A DNA stretch of 64,000 nucleotides. Origin: a bacterium (GTDB lineage: Bacteria > UBA8248 > JACPRG01 > G963555815). The stretch's first letter is position 1. Every line of letters starts with the position of its first letter. The stretch spans positions 160,001-224,000 of the forward strand of contig CBDHDG010000004.1 of NCBI GenBank assembly GCA_965261595.1, given 5' to 3'. Shown one piece after another: positions 10,595 through 21,534 of the stretch. A program made the position numbers and the translations under genes. Under the pieces are notes generated by a model. That model was not told the origin of the DNA. It ran no database searches and saw only the letters and a program-made list of their open reading frames with translations.

Positions 10595-11227
10595 TTGAAG
10601 CGGGCCGAAAAGAGCGCGCTGGACGAGTTCGTGACGGAGGTGTCCAAGGGCCTGGAGAAAGTCAGCGACGCTGACGAGGCCACCCGGGTGGTGCAGAAGG
10701 CCATCCCGAGACTCTTGGGGGATCGCGCGTGGCTTGCGGCCGAGCACCGGAACCCCTCCGCGCGGGAGTTCACCCGCAGCCTCATCTATCGACATCCCGA
10801 CCTGGGCTTCGCGGTCGTGGCGACCGTCTGGAAACCCGGCCAGGGGACCCCCGTTCACGACCACGGAGGCGTCTGGGGCGTCGAGGGGGTGCTCGAAGGC
10901 ACTGTCCGGGTGATCCAATATGACGTAGTGGGAACGGAGCATTCAGATGAGGAGATTCGCATCCGTCAGGGGCGCCGAATCGAGGCGCGGCCGGGGGACA
11001 TCGAGCGTCTGGTCCCGCCGTTCGGACATCACCGAATGGTGAACGTCAGCGATACACCCGCCACCACCATTCACGTATTCGGCGATTACCCGCTCAAACC
11101 GCGAATTTACGAGGACAAGGGCGACGGCACATTCGGACTCGAGATCCAAGGCGAACATTGGGAGGAGATCGAAGCCGCGCGCGAGAAGAGAAAGGCGAAG
11201 CCTTCGCCCGATCAACGGCCGAATTGA
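10595..11227 (+). CDS. cysteine/thiol dioxygenase family cupin
   Basis: WKPGQGTPVHDHG.VWG, HRMVN, TIHVFG. Confidence 0.8.
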   Translation: MKRAEKSALDEFVTEVSKGLEKVSDADEATRVVQKAIPRLLGDRAWLAAEHRNPSAREFTRSLIYRHPDLGFAVVATVWKPGQGTPVHDHGGVWGVEGVLEGTVRVIQYDVVGTEHSDEEIRIRQGRRIEARPGDIERLVPPFGHHRMVNVSDTPATTIHVFGDYPLKPRIYEDKGDGTFGLEIQGEHWEEIEAAREKRKAKPSPDQRPN

Positions 11228-11331
11228 GCCAAAAGAATCTCGGGGGGTGTGTGTGGAAGGAGGCGTAATCCGAACGCGGAAGAAGGTCCGGATAATCCGC
11301 GAGGGCCGATCGATCAGGATGACCCGGAATC

Positions 11332-11535
11332 TCAGAGATTGCCCGTGAAGTAGAGGCCGGCGAATGCCACCACCACAATCAAACCCAGCATGAGCCACAG
11401 AAACTGGTCCATCTCGCCCGCGGAGAAGTATCGGCTATGATGGATATCCATCTGCTGTCGTTCGATTCCGGAAAGCTTCTTCTTGTGCTCTTTGAATCTC
11501 GGCCGCTCCGGAGAGGGGCGCCGCCTGGTCGCCAA
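11332..11535 (-). CDS. small hypothetical protein with C-terminal TM helix
   Basis: 67-aa ORF with a basic N-terminus and hydrophobic C-terminus; no recognised motif. Confidence 0.45.
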   Translation of the reverse strand: MATRRRPSPERPRFKEHKKKLSGIERQQMDIHHSRYFSAGEMDQFLWLMLGLIVVVAFAGLYFTGNL

Positions 11536-11545
11536 GTATTTCGAC

Positions 11546-11622
11546 CGCGATTATATACTTGACCCCTCGACCCACTCATGTAGTAAAACGGACCCAAAAG
11601 GCCGAACCACAAGATGTAGGGG
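11546..11622 (+). repeat. solo, diverged IS1595-type end related to the 14445/15352 ends
   Basis: CGCGATTATATACTTGAC...CCACTCATGTAG...ACCACAAGATGTAGGGG has the same layout as 14445-14521. Confidence 0.6.
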
Positions 11623-11703
11623 TTGACATTCTCCCTATTTCTGCTCGAAACTGAAGCTCCTTAGATCACTAGACTTTGATAGCAGAGATTGCACACAGGT
11701 TCT

Positions 11704-14321
11704 TGGAGTTACCCCGGTTTCGTGGAGAGTTAAGCACTTGGGTTTTCAGGGTGTGCGTTGTTGTCTCCTTTCGTAGTTAACGGGTGACAGGTTGTCGATG
11801 GAGGAGTGCCGACGACGCGGGTTGTAGAAGCCCTCGATGAACCCGAACACCTCCGTGCGCGCCTCGGCCCGGGTGCGGAAACTGTGGCGAGCGAGGAGCT
11901 CGCACTCCAGCGTGGCGAAAAAGCTCTCACACAGCGCGTTGTCGTAGCAGTCCCCGACCGAACCCATGGAGGGACGCACGCCTGGACCGCCCCTGGGTTA
12001 TTGGACACTCGGGTGAGGGTATTCGACCTCATGCGGCCTCCGCAACTTGAGCGAGTTTTTCCTGCCTTGCCTGGGCCGGCGTTCGGTAGCCGTAGCCCTC
12101 GAGAATCCAATGATGGTTGTACAGGTTCTTGAACTCAAGCAGCGCCCACCGCAGTTCCTCTACGGTGGCGAAAGAGCGCACCCACAGGAGATTCTCCTTC
12201 AAGATGCGGATAAACCACTCACAGTAGCCATTTCCCTCGGGCGCCCGCACGAAGCTGGGCGAACTGGTCATGCCCAGGTAGGCGATCTCCCGCTGAAAGT
12301 CATCGGACAGATAGGCGGGGCCGTGGTCGTGACGAACTTTAAGCCCCTCGGCGACGTCCGCCTCCAAGCCGGCGAAGCGCTCGGCGACCCCCTGCCGGAT
12401 CGGCTCCAGGGCCTCGAAGCGGTTGCCGCTCTTGGCCGCATGGATCCCCACGCAGTCCACCGAGCAGTGATCCACCGCCACGAACACCGAGGCCACCCCC
12501 TCCTCGGTGGTCACCGTCGTCGTCATGTGCGTGCCCCACATTCGGTCGGGCCGCTCGGTGCGGATGGTCCCGTTGTGGGCCTTGGGACCTCGGGGTTTGC
12601 CCACCCGGTGGGGGGCCTGAAGCCCCGCCTCCCGCATCAGGCGACGCACCCGCTCCTTGCTGGTGCGGATGCCCGCGAAGCGTAGCCTCGCCCACACCTT
12701 GCGGTAGCCCTCGCCATGGAAGGGAGAGTCCTCCAGGACCTGCCGGATGTGGCCGAGGAGTTCCGCATCGGTGCACGGGCCCACAGGGCCGCGCTTATTG
12801 GGCGTGGGGCGTTCATGAACGGGGACCGCCTCTCGCCGCCGTTGCGCGTAGACCGTGGAGCGCGCCAAGCCCCAAAGGGCGCACACCCGCTTCAGGCCGT
12901 AGGCTCTGCCCGTGGAGGTGAAGCGGGCCTGACTCATCGCCTCCACCTCCTGCCGGCTAAAGGGCGGCCGGCCTCCAGGCGGTCGATCTTCTCCCGCAGG
13001 ACCTCGCCCTCCATCGTGAGTTCGCCCACCTTGGCCTTGAGCCGGGCGTTCTCCTCGGCCCGCTCATCCGCCGGGCGGGCTTTGAGCGCCGCCTCGCCCC
13101 CGCGAAGGAACGCCTCGCGCCAGGCGGAAAGCCGAGCCGCTGTCGTGCCCAACTCGCGGCAGAGCGTCTCCAGGCTCTCGCCCCGCAAAAGACGCAGGAC
13201 CGCCTCCCGCTTGCGCCTGGCAGGAGAACCGACCCCGCTCACTGCGATGCCATGGGGCCTTGGCTCCGTTCGCCCTGCGGGCGCCCTCCGCCAAAGCCCC
13301 CTCTTGCTTTTGTTCGTTCATCGCGACACCCCTTTCTCCATGAATCATGGATCAATCGAGTGTCCAACAAAACCCTAGAGCGGGGGACGCCCGCCTGCCG
13401 GCAGCGCTGCCCAAAGGCGACCGAGGTGTACTGCGTGCCCTGGTCGGAGTGGTGGATGACGGCCCGGGGACGGCGCTTATACAGCGCCATGTCGAGCGCG
13501 TCGAGCACCAACTCGGCCCGCAGGTGTGTGGCCATCGACCACCCCACGATGCGCCGGCTGAACGCATCGGGCGCCACGGCCAGATACAAAAACCCCGCCC
13601 ATGTCGGAACGTAGGTGATGTCGGCCACCCACAGCCGGTCGGGGGCCTCGGCCGTGAAGTTGCGGTCCACCAGATCAGGGGCCGGCCGCGCCTCCTGCCG
13701 GCGCTGCGTCGTGCGCACTCCCTTGCGCCGACTGACGCCCGCAAGTCCCGCCCCACGTATCAGCCTGGCGACGCGCTTGCGGCCCACACGCACTCCCTCA
13801 GCCTCCAGCTCGGCATGGACGCGCGGCACGCCGTAAGTCCCCCGAGAACGCTCGTGGATCGCCTGAATGCGTTTGGTGAGCGCCCGATCGGCACACGAGC
13901 GGGCACACGGCGCGCGCCTGCACCACGCGTAGTAGCCGCTGGAGGAGACGCCCAGCACCCGGCACATGGTGGCGGTCCGATACATGGCCTGGTTCGCCCT
14001 CACGAACCCGTAGATCCGGACGGGATCGAATCGGTATCCCGAGCAAACCAGGCCGCGGCTTTTGCCAGGATCTCCCACTCATCGCTCGTGAGCCCGTCTT
14101 TGCGACGCCCCTCGTCGACGTCGGCTTGATGGGCCCAGGTGCGGATCGTCTGCACCGAGGGCTCGAACTCGCGCGCCAGCGCCTCGGGCGTGCGTCCCGC
14201 CCAGACCAACTCTACCATCTGGCGGCGGAACTCCATTGGATAGCGTGGGTGAGTCTGTGGCATCGTGAACACCTCCTTTACCCCCAAATCATCAGGTGTC
14301 CACCAAACCGGGTCAACTCCA
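11704..14321 (-). mobile_element. IS3-family element (copy 1), interrupted by a nested IS and with an internal orfA deletion
   Basis: Ends TGGAGTTACCCCGGTTT / AAACCGGGTCAACTCCA. Near-identical to 35340-36599. orfB is split at 11983-13387. Confidence 0.9.
11983..13387 (-). mobile_element. 1.4-kb IS3-like element, copy A (orfA frameshifted; orfB 12029-12937)
   Basis: Ends TGGACCGCCCC... / ...GAGCGGGGGA. 4-bp TSD CGCC. rve integrase ORF. Confidence 0.92.
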
Positions 14322-14444
14322 ACCAGAGCCAAAACTCGCGGGTTGCGTAATACCATAGGTGACCAAGATAACAGGTGCTTACACGAGCATTTCAAGAGCA
14401 AAATTCAAACCAAAAGTTGATTATCACGAACCAGAAGAAAAAAA

Positions 14445-15352
14445 CGGAATTATGTACTTGACGCAGACGACCACAACATGTAGATCGTCCCCGCGTCTCG
14501 GCTGACCACAAGATGTAGGGGCATGCTTCAACTCAAGTCATGGTGGAGTTGGATTCGCAATTATGCGCTTGACTCAACCGAAGAGGGATCATACAATGAC
14601 TGAATCATGCTCAATTGGCTTCGCAAAGTCGCCCTCTTTTTGGCGGGTGAATTACTGCGGAGCTGGATATGGCCCATTGCGGTCACGGCGGCTGGCGTCA
14701 TGATCGGTTTTGCGCAACATATCCAGTTGTTCAACCTATATGTTGGAGCGGTCATTCTGTTTTCAGTTTCCTCTATGGGATTGTTGCGATTCAGCGAATG
14801 GCGGTATCGTAATAGAGTTGCGGATATGCTTAACTTTCATAGTGTGAGAACTGACAGAATAATCGACAAAGCTGGTGTAGTAAAATCACTGCGGATTGGT
14901 GCTACGTTTAACAACAAAGCTCTTTTCCCGGTGACATTTGAGGTTGTAAATGTCGTCTCAACATTTGATAAGTTGTACCCGACAAAAGAGCCATATGCCA
15001 AGAATAGCTATACCATCCCTGCAGGAGGGATGGGGTGGTTTGACGATCACTACATATCCTATAGAGCAGAAGAGAAGCGGCGTTTTTGAGGGCGGTCTTG
15101 AATTTGAGTTTAAGTACGGAAGAAAAGGAAAAACCAACAACACATTGCATATAAACAAAAAGTTGTTTTTACACTTCAATGAAAAGGGCGATATTCAGCG
15201 CGTGGATTTTATCGATCAATGAAACCGAACGATCTGATAGAGCGCATCTTCTGGAAACGGATCGATGGAAGCATGCCCCTACATCTTGTGGTCAGCCGAG
15301 ACGCGGGCGCGACCTACATGTTGTGGTCGTCTGTGTCAAGTATATAAATACG
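14445..15352. mobile_element. non-autonomous IS1595-type mobile cassette with passenger gene
   Basis: ~85-bp imperfect terminal inverted repeats (CGGAATTATGTACTTGAC.../CGTATTTATATACTTGAC...). 8-bp direct repeat GAAAAAAA at 14437-14444 and 15353-15360. No transposase inside. Confidence 0.8.
14607..15222 (+). pseudogene. hypothetical membrane-anchored passenger protein, frameshift near 15055
   Basis: ORFs 14607-15089 and 14950-15222 join into ~200 aa with two N-terminal hydrophobic segments; AT-richer than the flanks. Confidence 0.55.
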
Positions 15353-15362
15353 GAAAAAAATG

Positions 15363-15767
15363 ATGGCGGATAAGCCGAAAAGCACGTCCCTTTCCCAACC
15401 CGTTCATCACAAAGACGCGGAATTTCCCGCGATTGAATGCGTCCCCAATCAATATGCGGGGCGAGATTATACTGTTGACCTATCGATCCCCGAGTTTACC
15501 TGTATCTGCCCGGTCACCGGTCAGCCGGATTTCGCAGAGATCCGCGTGAAGTATGTCCCGGGAAAGACGCTGATCGAATTAAAATCCTTGAAGTTCTATA
15601 TCCAGGCCTACCGGAGCGTCGGCATTCACCACGAATCGGGCGTCAACAGGATCCTCGACGATTTGGTCAATGCTTGCGCGCCCCGAAAGATGGAGGTTGT
15701 TGGAGATTTCTCGGTCCGGGGGGGCATCAAGACCGTTGTGCGGACGGCCTACGAAAGCCGGGAATAG
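15363..15767 (+). CDS. queF: NADPH-dependent 7-cyano-7-deazaguanine reductase (preQ1 synthase)
   Basis: PEFTCICPVTGQPDFA, IELKSLKFY, HE, F.VRGGI. Confidence 0.95.
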   Translation: MADKPKSTSLSQPVHHKDAEFPAIECVPNQYAGRDYTVDLSIPEFTCICPVTGQPDFAEIRVKYVPGKTLIELKSLKFYIQAYRSVGIHHESGVNRILDDLVNACAPRKMEVVGDFSVRGGIKTVVRTAYESRE

Positions 15768-15775
15768 CTACGATC

Positions 15776-16444
15776 TCACGGGGTGGACCGCGCATGAAGA
15801 CCCGCGAGAATCGCCCGGGCGCTGAGAACATTGGTGAAACCCGACAGGCCCTTCAGAACCCCCGTGTGGACCTCGGCGTCCCAGGTGGTCATCATGTCGT
15901 GGGCCATCACCACCCGGAAATTCCGTTGGTAGGCGTCGAACGCCGTGGCTTGCACGCAGTAATTCGTATAGACCCCGGTCAGGATCAGCGTTTCGATGTT
16001 CAGCGCGCGCAGTTGCTCTTCCAGATCGGTTCCGAAAAAGCTGCTGAACCGGACCTTGACGATCTCCAGGTCGAAGCCGGAAAACCCCTCCCCTTCCACC
16101 GTCCGCGCGCCCCAGGACCCGGGTCGCAGACCGTCCTCTTTCAGAAAAGGCCGGCTCTCGATGTGCAGCCCCGCCTCGACGGGCGCGCCGTCCGGGCCGC
16201 AGGCGTATTCCGTCCGAACGTTGATGAGCCGCGCGCCGCTCTGTTTGGATGCGGCCAGGAATTCGGCCAACGGACCCATCAGGGCCGAGATGCCGGGACA
16301 TTCCAGCCCGTTGCGGGCATAAATCCCCTCCGGCGCGCAGAAGTCGTTCTGGACGTCGATGAGAAGAACCGCCGTGGATTCGGGCCGAAGCGTGAGGGGA
16401 ATCCGCGGGAAGTCGCCCACCGCCTGACGAAATGAATCGTTCAT
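15776..16444 (-). CDS. isochorismatase-family cysteine hydrolase
   Basis: LLIDVQNDFC, K.RFSSFFGTDL, TGVYTNYCVQATAFDAY. Confidence 0.88.
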   Translation of the reverse strand: MNDSFRQAVGDFPRIPLTLRPESTAVLLIDVQNDFCAPEGIYARNGLECPGISALMGPLAEFLAASKQSGARLINVRTEYACGPDGAPVEAGLHIESRPFLKEDGLRPGSWGARTVEGEGFSGFDLEIVKVRFSSFFGTDLEEQLRALNIETLILTGVYTNYCVQATAFDAYQRNFRVVMAHDMMTTWDAEVHTGVLKGLSGFTNVLSARAILAGLHARSTP

Positions 16445-17376
16445 GTCGCGCCTCCTTTCGCGGCCTCCGCCGGGTTGGGCCGGAGCGCCTGCTCCAGAAT
16501 GTCCATCCCCACCCGTTTGCTGAAGCCCTCGATCAGTTTCATGGTGACCTTCCCGGGGACGGCGCCCCGGAGGGATTGGCCGTTGATGAGTCCGGCGGGC
16601 AGGATGGCGAAACTCGTGGTGCACAAGAAGGCCTCGTCCGCGTTGACCGCTTCGAAGATCGTCATGTCCCCTTCCCGGACAGGAATTCCCGCTTCCCCGG
16701 CGATCTCGAGAATCTCCATCCTCGTAATCCCTTCGAGGACATTCAGCAAACTGGGCGTCAGCAATGTTTCTCCGGACACCACAAAGAAATTGGCGAAACT
16801 GCTCTCTGTGATGAAACCGCGCAAGTCCAGCATCAGGGGATAACAGCGCGATTCCACGAGACGGGCCTGAAGGTTCGCCTGGATGTGGTTGGATTTGTTC
16901 GTGATCTTGGCCCGCGAATCCAGGGCCTCCGGCGGGGTGCGCCGGATCGCGGGCGTCACCAAGTGCGCGCCGCGGTGGAAGTCGCTGGCATAGGCCGTGA
17001 AATCCAGCGGGACGCAGTAAATCGCGACCGTCGCCGGCCCGGATACGCCGTGGGTGGATCGAAGGCTCACGCCCCGGCTGATATTGTGCCAGATTTGATA
17101 ATCCTCTCCCGCGCCCAGAAGATGCCGGTTCCGATTAAGGACCTCGTGGGTCAGCTTCTCCAACTCGTCCAGTGACAGGCCGGGGTCAATCTGCATATAC
17201 CTCATGGAGCTTTCAAGCCGCCGCAGGTGGCGGTCCAGCCGGAAGGGCGCCCCTCCGTACGTCCGGGTCATCTCGTAGACGCCGTCTCCGGCCCTGAACC
17301 CGGCGTCGAAAATCGAGACCTTCGCCTCGGATTCCGGGACGTATTCACCGTTGAGAAAAACCGTTCTCTCGCTCAT
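16441..17376 (-). CDS. class IV aminotransferase (D-amino-acid/branched-chain type)
   Basis: SIFDAGFRAGDGVYE, ITESSFANFF, LEGITR, ADEAFLCTT. Confidence 0.88.
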   Translation of the reverse strand: MSERTVFLNGEYVPESEAKVSIFDAGFRAGDGVYEMTRTYGGAPFRLDRHLRRLESSMRYMQIDPGLSLDELEKLTHEVLNRNRHLLGAGEDYQIWHNISRGVSLRSTHGVSGPATVAIYCVPLDFTAYASDFHRGAHLVTPAIRRTPPEALDSRAKITNKSNHIQANLQARLVESRCYPLMLDLRGFITESSFANFFVVSGETLLTPSLLNVLEGITRMEILEIAGEAGIPVREGDMTIFEAVNADEAFLCTTSFAILPAGLINGQSLRGAVPGKVTMKLIEGFSKRVGMDILEQALRPNPAEAAKGGAT

Positions 17377-17918
17377 CGCTGCCTCCTCGCCGGACATCCG
17401 AATCACCCTGAAGATGGAATTCAATCGGATTCCGGCGGGTGAACTTGGACTTTTTCTATGAACGGAAACCCGATTCTGTCCACGCGTCTATCGAACAGCC
17501 GGTTCCGACTTAACACTGTCGCCCCGATGGACGACGACCAAGGTCCATGTGGCGCTTTGCCCATCCGGCGTCAGTGGGGGACCTCCCCCAGAACAAAAAG
17601 TATCTTATAATACGCTTTATGGGCCGGGAACACGCTCTCCGGCGAGCAAACGCACCCATGTAACACGAAGCGTCCTGAATCAGGGCGATGCGGCGTTGCA
17701 TTGCTTCAACATCTTGCTCGACAGAAGGCCGCACGTTGCGAACCAGACGAACGGGTAGCGGAACGTCTTCCAAAATGCGGAGGCCGATCATGGTTTTCCT
17801 ATCGTTCTGACAGGGGTGAGAAACCGACCGTCCCAAAGACAACACCTTCCGGACCTTTCCGGAAACGGTTCCGGGGGGGGCAATCGGCGCACCCGAAAAT
17901 CCTGAAGGCGAAAAAACC

Positions 17919-20570
17919 ATGCTGAAAATACTCAAAAAGGCCTCGTGGTTGGCGATGGGCATCGCTGTGACGCTTCTTGTCGCGGCGGGGTCAAGCAGTG
18001 CCCAGGTGAAAGGCAACACCATCATTTTCGGGGCGGCCGTTTCGTTCACCGGAAAATACTCGACGGCCGGCAGGCACACCAAGAACGGCTACGAGCTCGC
18101 CGTCAAGCGCATCAACGAGATGGGCGGCGTCAGCGTCGGGGGCAAAAAATATCAAATCAAGTCCCCCGCTCTAGGGTTTTGTTGGACACTCGATTGATCC
18201 ATGATTCATGGAGAAAGGGGTGTCGCGATGAACGAACAAAAGCAAGAGGGGGCTTTGGCGGAGGGCGCCCGTAGGGCGAACGGAGCCAAGGCCCCAGGGC
18301 ATCGCAGTGAGCGGGGTCGGTTCTCCTGCCAGCGCAAGCGGGAGGCGGTCCTGCGTCTTTTGCGGGGCGAGAGCCTGGAGACGCTCTGCCGCGAGTTGGG
18401 CACGACAGCGGCTCGGCTTTCCGCCTGGCGCGAGGCGTTCCTTCGCGGGGGCGAGGCGGCGCTCAAAGCTCGCCCGGCGGATGAGCGGGCCGAGGAGAAC
18501 GCCCGGCTCAAGGCCAAGGTGGGCGAACTCACGATGGAGGGCGAGGTCCTGCGGGAGAAGATCGACCGCCTGGAGGCCGGCCGCCCTTTAGCCGGCAGGA
18601 GGTGGAGGCGATGAGTCAGGCCCGCTTCACCTCCACGGGCAGAGCCTACGGCCTGAAGCGGGTGTGCGCCCTTTGGGGCTTGGCGCGCTCCACGGTCTAC
18701 GCGCAACGGCGGCGAGAGGCGGTCCCCGTTCATGAACGCCCCACGCCCAATAAGCGCGGCCCTGTGGGCCCGTGCACCGATGCGGAACTCCTCGGTCACA
18801 TCCGGCAGGTCCTGGAGGACTCTCCCTTCCATGGCGAGGGCTACCGCAAGGTGTGGGCGAGGCTGCGCTTCGCGGGCATCCGCACCAGCAAGGAGCGGGT
18901 GCGTCGCCTGATGCGGGAGGCGGGGCTTCAGGCCCCCCACCGGGTGGGCAAACCCCGAGGTCCCAAGGCCCACAACGGGACCATCCGCACCGAGCGGCCC
19001 GACCGAATGTGGGGCACGGACATGACGACGACGGTGACCACCGAGGAGGGGATGGCCTCGGTGTTCGTGGCGGTGGATCACTGTTCGGTGGACTGCGTGG
19101 GGATCCATGCGGCCAAGAGCGGCAACCGCTTCGAGGCCCTGGAGCCGATCCGGCAGGGGGTCGCCGAGCGCTTCGCCGGCTTGGAGGCGGACGTCGCCGA
19201 GGGGCTTAAAGTTCGTCACGACCACGGCCCCGCCTATCTGTCCGATGACTTTCAGCGGGAGATCGCCTACCTGGGCATGACCAGTTCGCCCAGCTTCGTG
19301 CGGGCGCCCGAGGGAAATGGCTACTGTGAGTGGTTCATCCGCATCTTGAAGGAGAATCTCCTGTGGGTGCGCTCTTTCGCCACCGTAGAGGAACTGCGGT
19401 GGGCGCTGCTTGAGTTCAAGAACCTGTACAACCATCATTGGATTCTCGAGGGCTACGGCTACCGAACGCCGGCCCAGGCAAGGCAGGAAAAACTCGCTCA
19501 AGTTGCGGAGGCCGCATGAGGTCGAATACCCTCACCCGAGTGTCCAATAACCCAGGGGCGGTCCACAAGGTCAAATATTATGACGATGAATCCACCCCCG
19601 CGCGGGGCGCCCAGCTTGCGGAGCGCCTGATCAAACAAGACGGCGTCAAGTTCATGCTGGGCCCGTACAGCTCGGGTTTGACCAAGGCCATCACGCCGGT
19701 GACCGAGAAATACAAAATCCCGATGGTGGAGGGGAACGGGGCGTCTCGCAGCTTGTTCAACAAGGGCTACAAGTACATCTTCGCCGTGCTCTCGACCTCG
19801 GACTACTACCTGCGGGCGGCGATCAACCTGGCGGCCGAGATGGCGCAGAAGGCCGGCAAGAACCCCAAGACCCTGAAGGTGGCCATCGCCGTTGAGAACG
19901 ATCCGTTCTCCCTGGACGTCCGCGCCAGCGTGCTCGAGGACGCCAAGCGCTGGGGCATGAAGATCGTCATCGACGACAAGCTGCCGCCCGATCTCAACGA
20001 CATGTCGGCGACGCTGACCAAGGCGAGGGTCCTGAAACCGGACGTTTTGGTGGTCTCGGGGCATTCCAAAGGCGCGACCCTGGTCGTCCGCCAGATGTCT
20101 TCCATGAAGGTGGATGTGCCGCTGCTCGCCATCACCCACTGCGAGTCGGCGTCGGTGATCAAGAAATTCGGCGCGGCGGCGGATTACACCCTCTGCGCGG
20201 CCCAGTGGGCGCCTCCCTTGACGTACAAGGACCACTGGTTCGGCTCCGCCACCGACTATGCCAACCGGTTCAAGAAGGAGTACGGCTACGTGCCGCCGTA
20301 TCAGGCCGCGGAGTCGACGGCCTCCGTTCTGGTCTACGTCGACGCCCTGGCGCGGGCGGGTTCCTTCGACACGGAGAAGGTCCGCGACGCCATCGCCGCC
20401 ACAATATTCAGACCTTTTACGGCAACGTAAAATTCGACAAGACGGGTAAGAACATCGCCAAGCCCATGGTCCTCCGCCAAATCCAGAAAGGGAAGTACAA
20501 GGTGGTGGCCCCGACGAAGTGGGCGACATCGAAGCTGATCCACCCGCGGCCCAAGTGGAGCCGGCGCTAA
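17919..20570 (+). pseudogene. branched-chain amino acid ABC substrate-binding protein, split by an IS (18162-19565), plus a frameshift near 20405
   Basis: Removing the IS and one CAAG restores YQIK-VKYYDDE. Signal peptide and LGPYSSG present. C-terminus continues in the 20205-20570 frame. Confidence 0.88.
18162..19565 (+). mobile_element. 1404-bp IS3-like element, copy B (orfA 18228-18614, orfB 18611-19519)
   Basis: TSD CAAG (18158-18161 / 19566-19569). ATGA overlap of orfA/orfB. DDE-type rve domain (WGTDMT, HDHG, GYCE). Confidence 0.95.
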
Positions 20571-20583
20571 TCCTTTCACGCAG

Positions 20584-20618
20584 GCGCCCGCTCCCGCGCG
20601 AACCGCGGGGGCGGGCGC
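20584..20618 (+). terminator. GC-rich intergenic stem-loop after the substrate-binding gene
   Basis: GCGCCCGCTCCCGCG-CGAAC-CGCGGGGGCGGGCGC. Confidence 0.5.
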
Positions 20619-20631
20619 GGTCTTTACGCCC

Positions 20632-21534
20632 ATGCTGAACAACTTTTTCCTGTTGGTGAATGCGCCGATTCTGTCGGTGCAGGTGCTGATAGACGGAATT
20701 CTGATCGGCGCCATTTTCGCCCTGGCGGCGTATGGCATGGCCCTGGTGTGGGGGGTGATGAACGTCATCAACATCTCCCAGGGCGAATTCGTCATGCTGG
20801 GCGGCTATATGACCTATTCCCTCGCCTCCGTCGGCATGCACCCGCTCCTCACCGTGCCCGCGGCGGCGGCGGCGCTTTTCCTGCTCGGCTGGCTCATTTA
20901 CCGGCTGGTCGTGTTCCGCGTTGTCTACAAGGACCTGTTCCTGTCGATCCTGGCCACGTTCGGCATCCGCATTCTGTTGCAGCAGCTGGCCAACGAGGTG
21001 TTCGGCTCGGATGTGCAGACGGCGGAACCCGGACTCGGCACGTTGTTCTTCGCCGACGGCATGTTGGTGGTGCCCGCCATCAAGCTGGTCGCCTTCGCCT
21101 TCGCGCTCATTCTCGGGTCGGTTCTGTTTCTGTTTCTGAAGAAGTCGCGTCTCGGGCAGGCGATCCGGGCCACGGCGCAAAACGCGCGCGCCGCCCGCAT
21201 CATGGGCATCAACACCGACCGGGTTTATTCGACCACCTTTGCACTGAACGCGGCGATCTGCGGCGCCGCCGGCAGCCTGGTGGTGATGACTTGGCTCATC
21301 CACCCGTACCTGGGGCTGTCCTATATGATTCGCTCCTTCATGATCGTCATCCTCGCCGGTCTCGGCAACCTGGTCGGCGTGGTCCTCGCCGGCTTCGGCC
21401 TGGGCGCGGCCGAAAGTTTTGCGGGTTTTTTGTTGGGAACGGAATATCAGGCCGCCTTCGTCTACTCACTTCTGTCGGTGATCCTCGTGTGGCGGAGGTT
21501 TCGTTTGGGCCGCCAACGAAAGTACCTGAAATGA
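20632..21534 (+). CDS. livH: branched-chain amino acid ABC permease (LivH-like)
   Basis: GMALVWGVMNVINISQGEF, GQAIRATAQN..AA.IMGIN. Confidence 0.85.
   Translation: MLNNFFLLVNAPILSVQVLIDGILIGAIFALAAYGMALVWGVMNVINISQGEFVMLGGYMTYSLASVGMHPLLTVPAAAAALFLLGWLIYRLVVFRVVYKDLFLSILATFGIRILLQQLANEVFGSDVQTAEPGLGTLFFADGMLVVPAIKLVAFAFALILGSVLFLFLKKSRLGQAIRATAQNARAARIMGINTDRVYSTTFALNAAICGAAGSLVVMTWLIHPYLGLSYMIRSFMIVILAGLGNLVGVVLAGFGLGAAESFAGFLLGTEYQAAFVYSLLSVILVWRRFRLGRQRKYLK

Noticed and set aside
11546..15352. Repeated CACAAGATGTAG motifs as a CRISPR or attC array
   Set aside because: Only paired boxes within inverted ends; no regular repeat-spacer periodicity and no cas or integrase gene.
19438..20430. 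330-aa ORF appearing to be an independent binding protein
   Set aside because: It starts inside the IS end and is the downstream part of the gene beginning at 17919.
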